Source: Balanoglossus misakiensis | Taxonomy: Eukaryota > Animalia > Hemichordata | Assembly: GCA_040954595.2 (NCBI GenBank) | Contig: CM082578.2 | Span: forward strand, 4,818,831-4,882,830 | Direction of reading: 5' to 3' | Length of the DNA stretch: 64,000 nt | Part shown: positions 61,144 to 64,000 of the stretch, in pieces | How positions within the stretch are numbered: the stretch's first letter is position 1 | Layout: each line of letters starts with the position of its first letter | Program-made: the position numbers and the translations under genes | Notes under the pieces: generated by a model | What the model was told of the DNA's origin: nothing | What the model saw: the letters and a program-made list of their open reading frames with translations, nothing else | Database searches by the model: none

Positions 61144-64000
61144 ATGGTGGAAGCATGGGCCTCCGGCTTCGGTATTTTCCTTGGGCTTCTGGTTATTCTT
61201 TTGACTGGTATGACGTGCGATGGCAAGCGTAGCCAGACAGGTAAGAATGAATCACAAGATATGTTATTTAGACTTTGGATTCTAATATAAAGGCGCAACA
61301 ATAAACATGACAGTTTGGTTTGTCAATATTTGACAGTGTGTTTACAAGCAGAAGATATCTTATCTTCTCACAACCTTTCGCCAAAATGTGAACTCTATCG
61401 ATGTAACCGAACCGTAACCCCGCTTTGGCGGTAAATGGACCAATGTAGTGACCGGGAGAAGTTGGTAGACAACGCAGTACGACTGCGCATAATCCATCCC
61501 GTCTTTAACACAGACGCAACAGTTATATCTGACAGCTTGGCTAGCTGAGAGCACTACTCCACATTGCACGAACAAAAATAATAATTTTAATCGTTAGAAA
61601 GTGTACTTAGCACATTTTGGCTATTGCGTTCAAAATAATAAATTCTTTGGCATCATTTACGGACTCCGTAGTGACGATAACGTACATCTGATGGTTTTAG
61701 TGAGAAATACTATTTTCATGGATGAATTGCTAGCTACTTTCCAATTCCTCGCTAAGTTTGTCAAGCCCAATCAAATTGGCAGACTGATCGCTTCTATAGT
61801 ATTTTCATTCATTGTCTAATGGGATCTTAAAATATAGTTGGTCACTTACTGTATGTACTACTGCAGAATGTTGCAACAGCATTTTTTTCATTCTTTGACT
61901 TTTGTGCGTGATTCAGGTTGCGAGCCCGGGTGGGACAGTTTTAAGGACAAATGCTACTACGCGTACAAGTTTCCATTGTATACCTACGATGAAGCAAGGA
62001 CGCTGTGCACTGCATTGGGAGGTGCACTGGCAAAGATAAACGACGTCGAAGAAGACTTGTATTTGAAAGGTTTGTGATCTGTCGGACGCATAACATTGAT
62101 TCGGATGTTTATTTTCGTACAAAGGCAAAGTATTGAGCATGGACATTGTTTAAAGATGAGTTAATCAGAATGTGTTCTCCTCCAAAAGAGATTCGCCATC
62201 AAATGTTGACGCTTCTTCTCCAGTCAAGTAGTACATGCAGATCTGGGTAGTCCATCTACTTGACAACGATACCATTTATTTAAAGGGACAAAGTCTCTCT
62301 CTCGCTGCCCTTTTCCATTAATTATGTTTGATACAAGACACTGTTTATGTCAATGTACATGTGGATATATAATGAATCAACGTTCGACCACATACAACTT
62401 CCATCCCGTTTGTAGGATATGAGAGTAAAAATCTCGCCAAAATGAATAAATGGTGTACACCGATTATTCATTTTGGCGAGTTTTTCACTCTCGTGTCTAC
62501 AAGTGGGATGGAAGGTGTGTGTTGTCGAATGCTGTTTCAATATATATATCCACATGTAGAATAATGTAAACATTGTCTTGTATCAAACATAATTAATGGA
62601 AAAGGGGCAGCGAGGTATCAAACATAATTGATGGAAAAAGGGCAACGAGAGAGAGGCTCTTTAAGGAAAAAAATTAATTAAGTTTACGAAGCCCAATCTC
62701 TTTTATTGTCACAGGGTATACAGAAGGCACAGTTAATCTGTGGCTGGGTGCAAACGATCGCCAGAATGAGGAAATGTGGAGATGGGAAGACGGTACCTCG
62801 GTGAGTCTTTGTGTGATTCTATTGCCATGGCTGTACGATATTCACGATGACGTGGATGTGATTAGTTTGTGAGAAGCATCAAACCCTGGTCGATTTGACA
62901 TTGCACACCAACCGTCAAAGACGGACAGCTAAACCAACCAACCAACCAACCAACCATGTACCCAACCAACCAATCGGCCAAAGAACACCGAGTCTCGCAT
63001 ACGCATGCAAGTACTGCTGTATGCGGGTTCCAATGCATAAAGTCGTATATGTAGAGTAAAGCCGCAATTCTCTACCGCACACCCACAACATAACTCTCAA
63101 TTCTTTGGCAGATGACGTACACTAATTGGAAAACCGGCCAGCCAGACAACACCGACAATGTCGAACACTGCTTGCATTTCTACGATAAATGGCAAGCGAA
63201 ATGGAACGATAACAATTGCGATTTTCTCATGGGATTTATCTGCGAAAAAGAAACACGTAAGTATTTTTCTCACATCTATTCACAACACTGCAATATTTTT
63301 TACGAGTATAAGTTTATTTGGTCTTTATATTTTATTCTTTTGTTTCCCACACTACTTAAAATTACTTATTTTTACGTCAAGGTAAGCCTATAAACACCAA
63401 TGAATTTTGAAAACAAGACTAAATGGTAAAAAGTTTACATCTAGCATTTTTCGATTTTTCATTCAGTTGGTATAAGATGTGTGATGAAATGGCCGAGTCA
63501 GCATCTGTCTTGTGCACCAAACGGATAGAACTTTAATTGGCAGCTATTGGGGTTTTAAGCTTGAAATTAATTGTTATACCAAACATTTCGGCGCATGACA
63601 CGACGACTTACTGTGTGGTGCCGCGACCAGAATTTAGCGAATTTCAATTTATGTAAGACCAAATTCAATACAGGAAAAATGGAACCAAGCAAAATCTGCC
63701 TCCGACACATTGCAGCGCACAAATGACAAAGTTCCGAAAAAATGCACCGGTCACACCGGGTATAAACCCTCATTTCAGCTTCATTTACAACGATTTTCTG
63801 CCAGCAGGTGATTCGGCATGCGCAGTCACCGCTGTTGGGTTAGAGAGTGGCGGCATACCGGACTCACAGATAACAGCCAGTAGCAACCATAATCACATCC
63901 ACATGTCCCATCAAGGGAGACTGAACTACGCTGGGCCCGGATCGCATGCTTGGTGTGTCTTGCAGAATATCGCCGGAGAGTGGCTGCAAGTTGACCTTGG
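61144..64000 (+). CDS. C-type lectin + F5/8 type C protein, gene C (recent duplicate of gene A; runs off the window end)
   Basis: Exons 61144-61240, 61917-62069, 62715-62800, 63112-63256 and 63805->64000; splice sites and frame are intact; QPD and WND are retained. Confidence 0.9.

Larger units (their letters stand above)
59945..64000 (+). repeat. Segmental duplication of about 21630-27010 (gene A locus without the 1.35-kb intronic insertion)
   Basis: Colinear high identity through the promoter, introns and exons; the left breakpoint lies inside the Harbinger MITE. Confidence 0.95.

Overview
Repeat-rich, AT-rich animal genomic DNA with spliceosomal introns; the organism is probably a marine invertebrate such as a hemichordate or amphioxus (inference only). 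Positions 1-21900 are mostly transposon debris: a Gmr1-type Gypsy remnant, hAT/ZNF862-like, Academ-like and other DDE relics, MITEs and a 2.85-kb tandem duplication. Positions 22000-64000 hold a small innate-recognition and detoxification cluster that I spliced by hand. It contains three secreted C-type lectin + F5/8-type-C (discoidin) genes (A 22825-27935 +, B 38192-44024 +, C 61144->64000 +, with C a recent duplicate of A), a short pentraxin (28618-30610 -) and a CYP2-clan cytochrome P450 (48858-54169 -). The standout is the P450. Its exon 3 carries ten in-frame tandem copies of a 252-bp (84-aa) unit matching the F-G-H helical lid, which inflates an otherwise normal 498-aa P450 to about 1254 aa. 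WxxxR, ExxR, PERF and the haem Cys motif are intact, but the I-helix AGx(D/E)T motif is altered to QGTSS.
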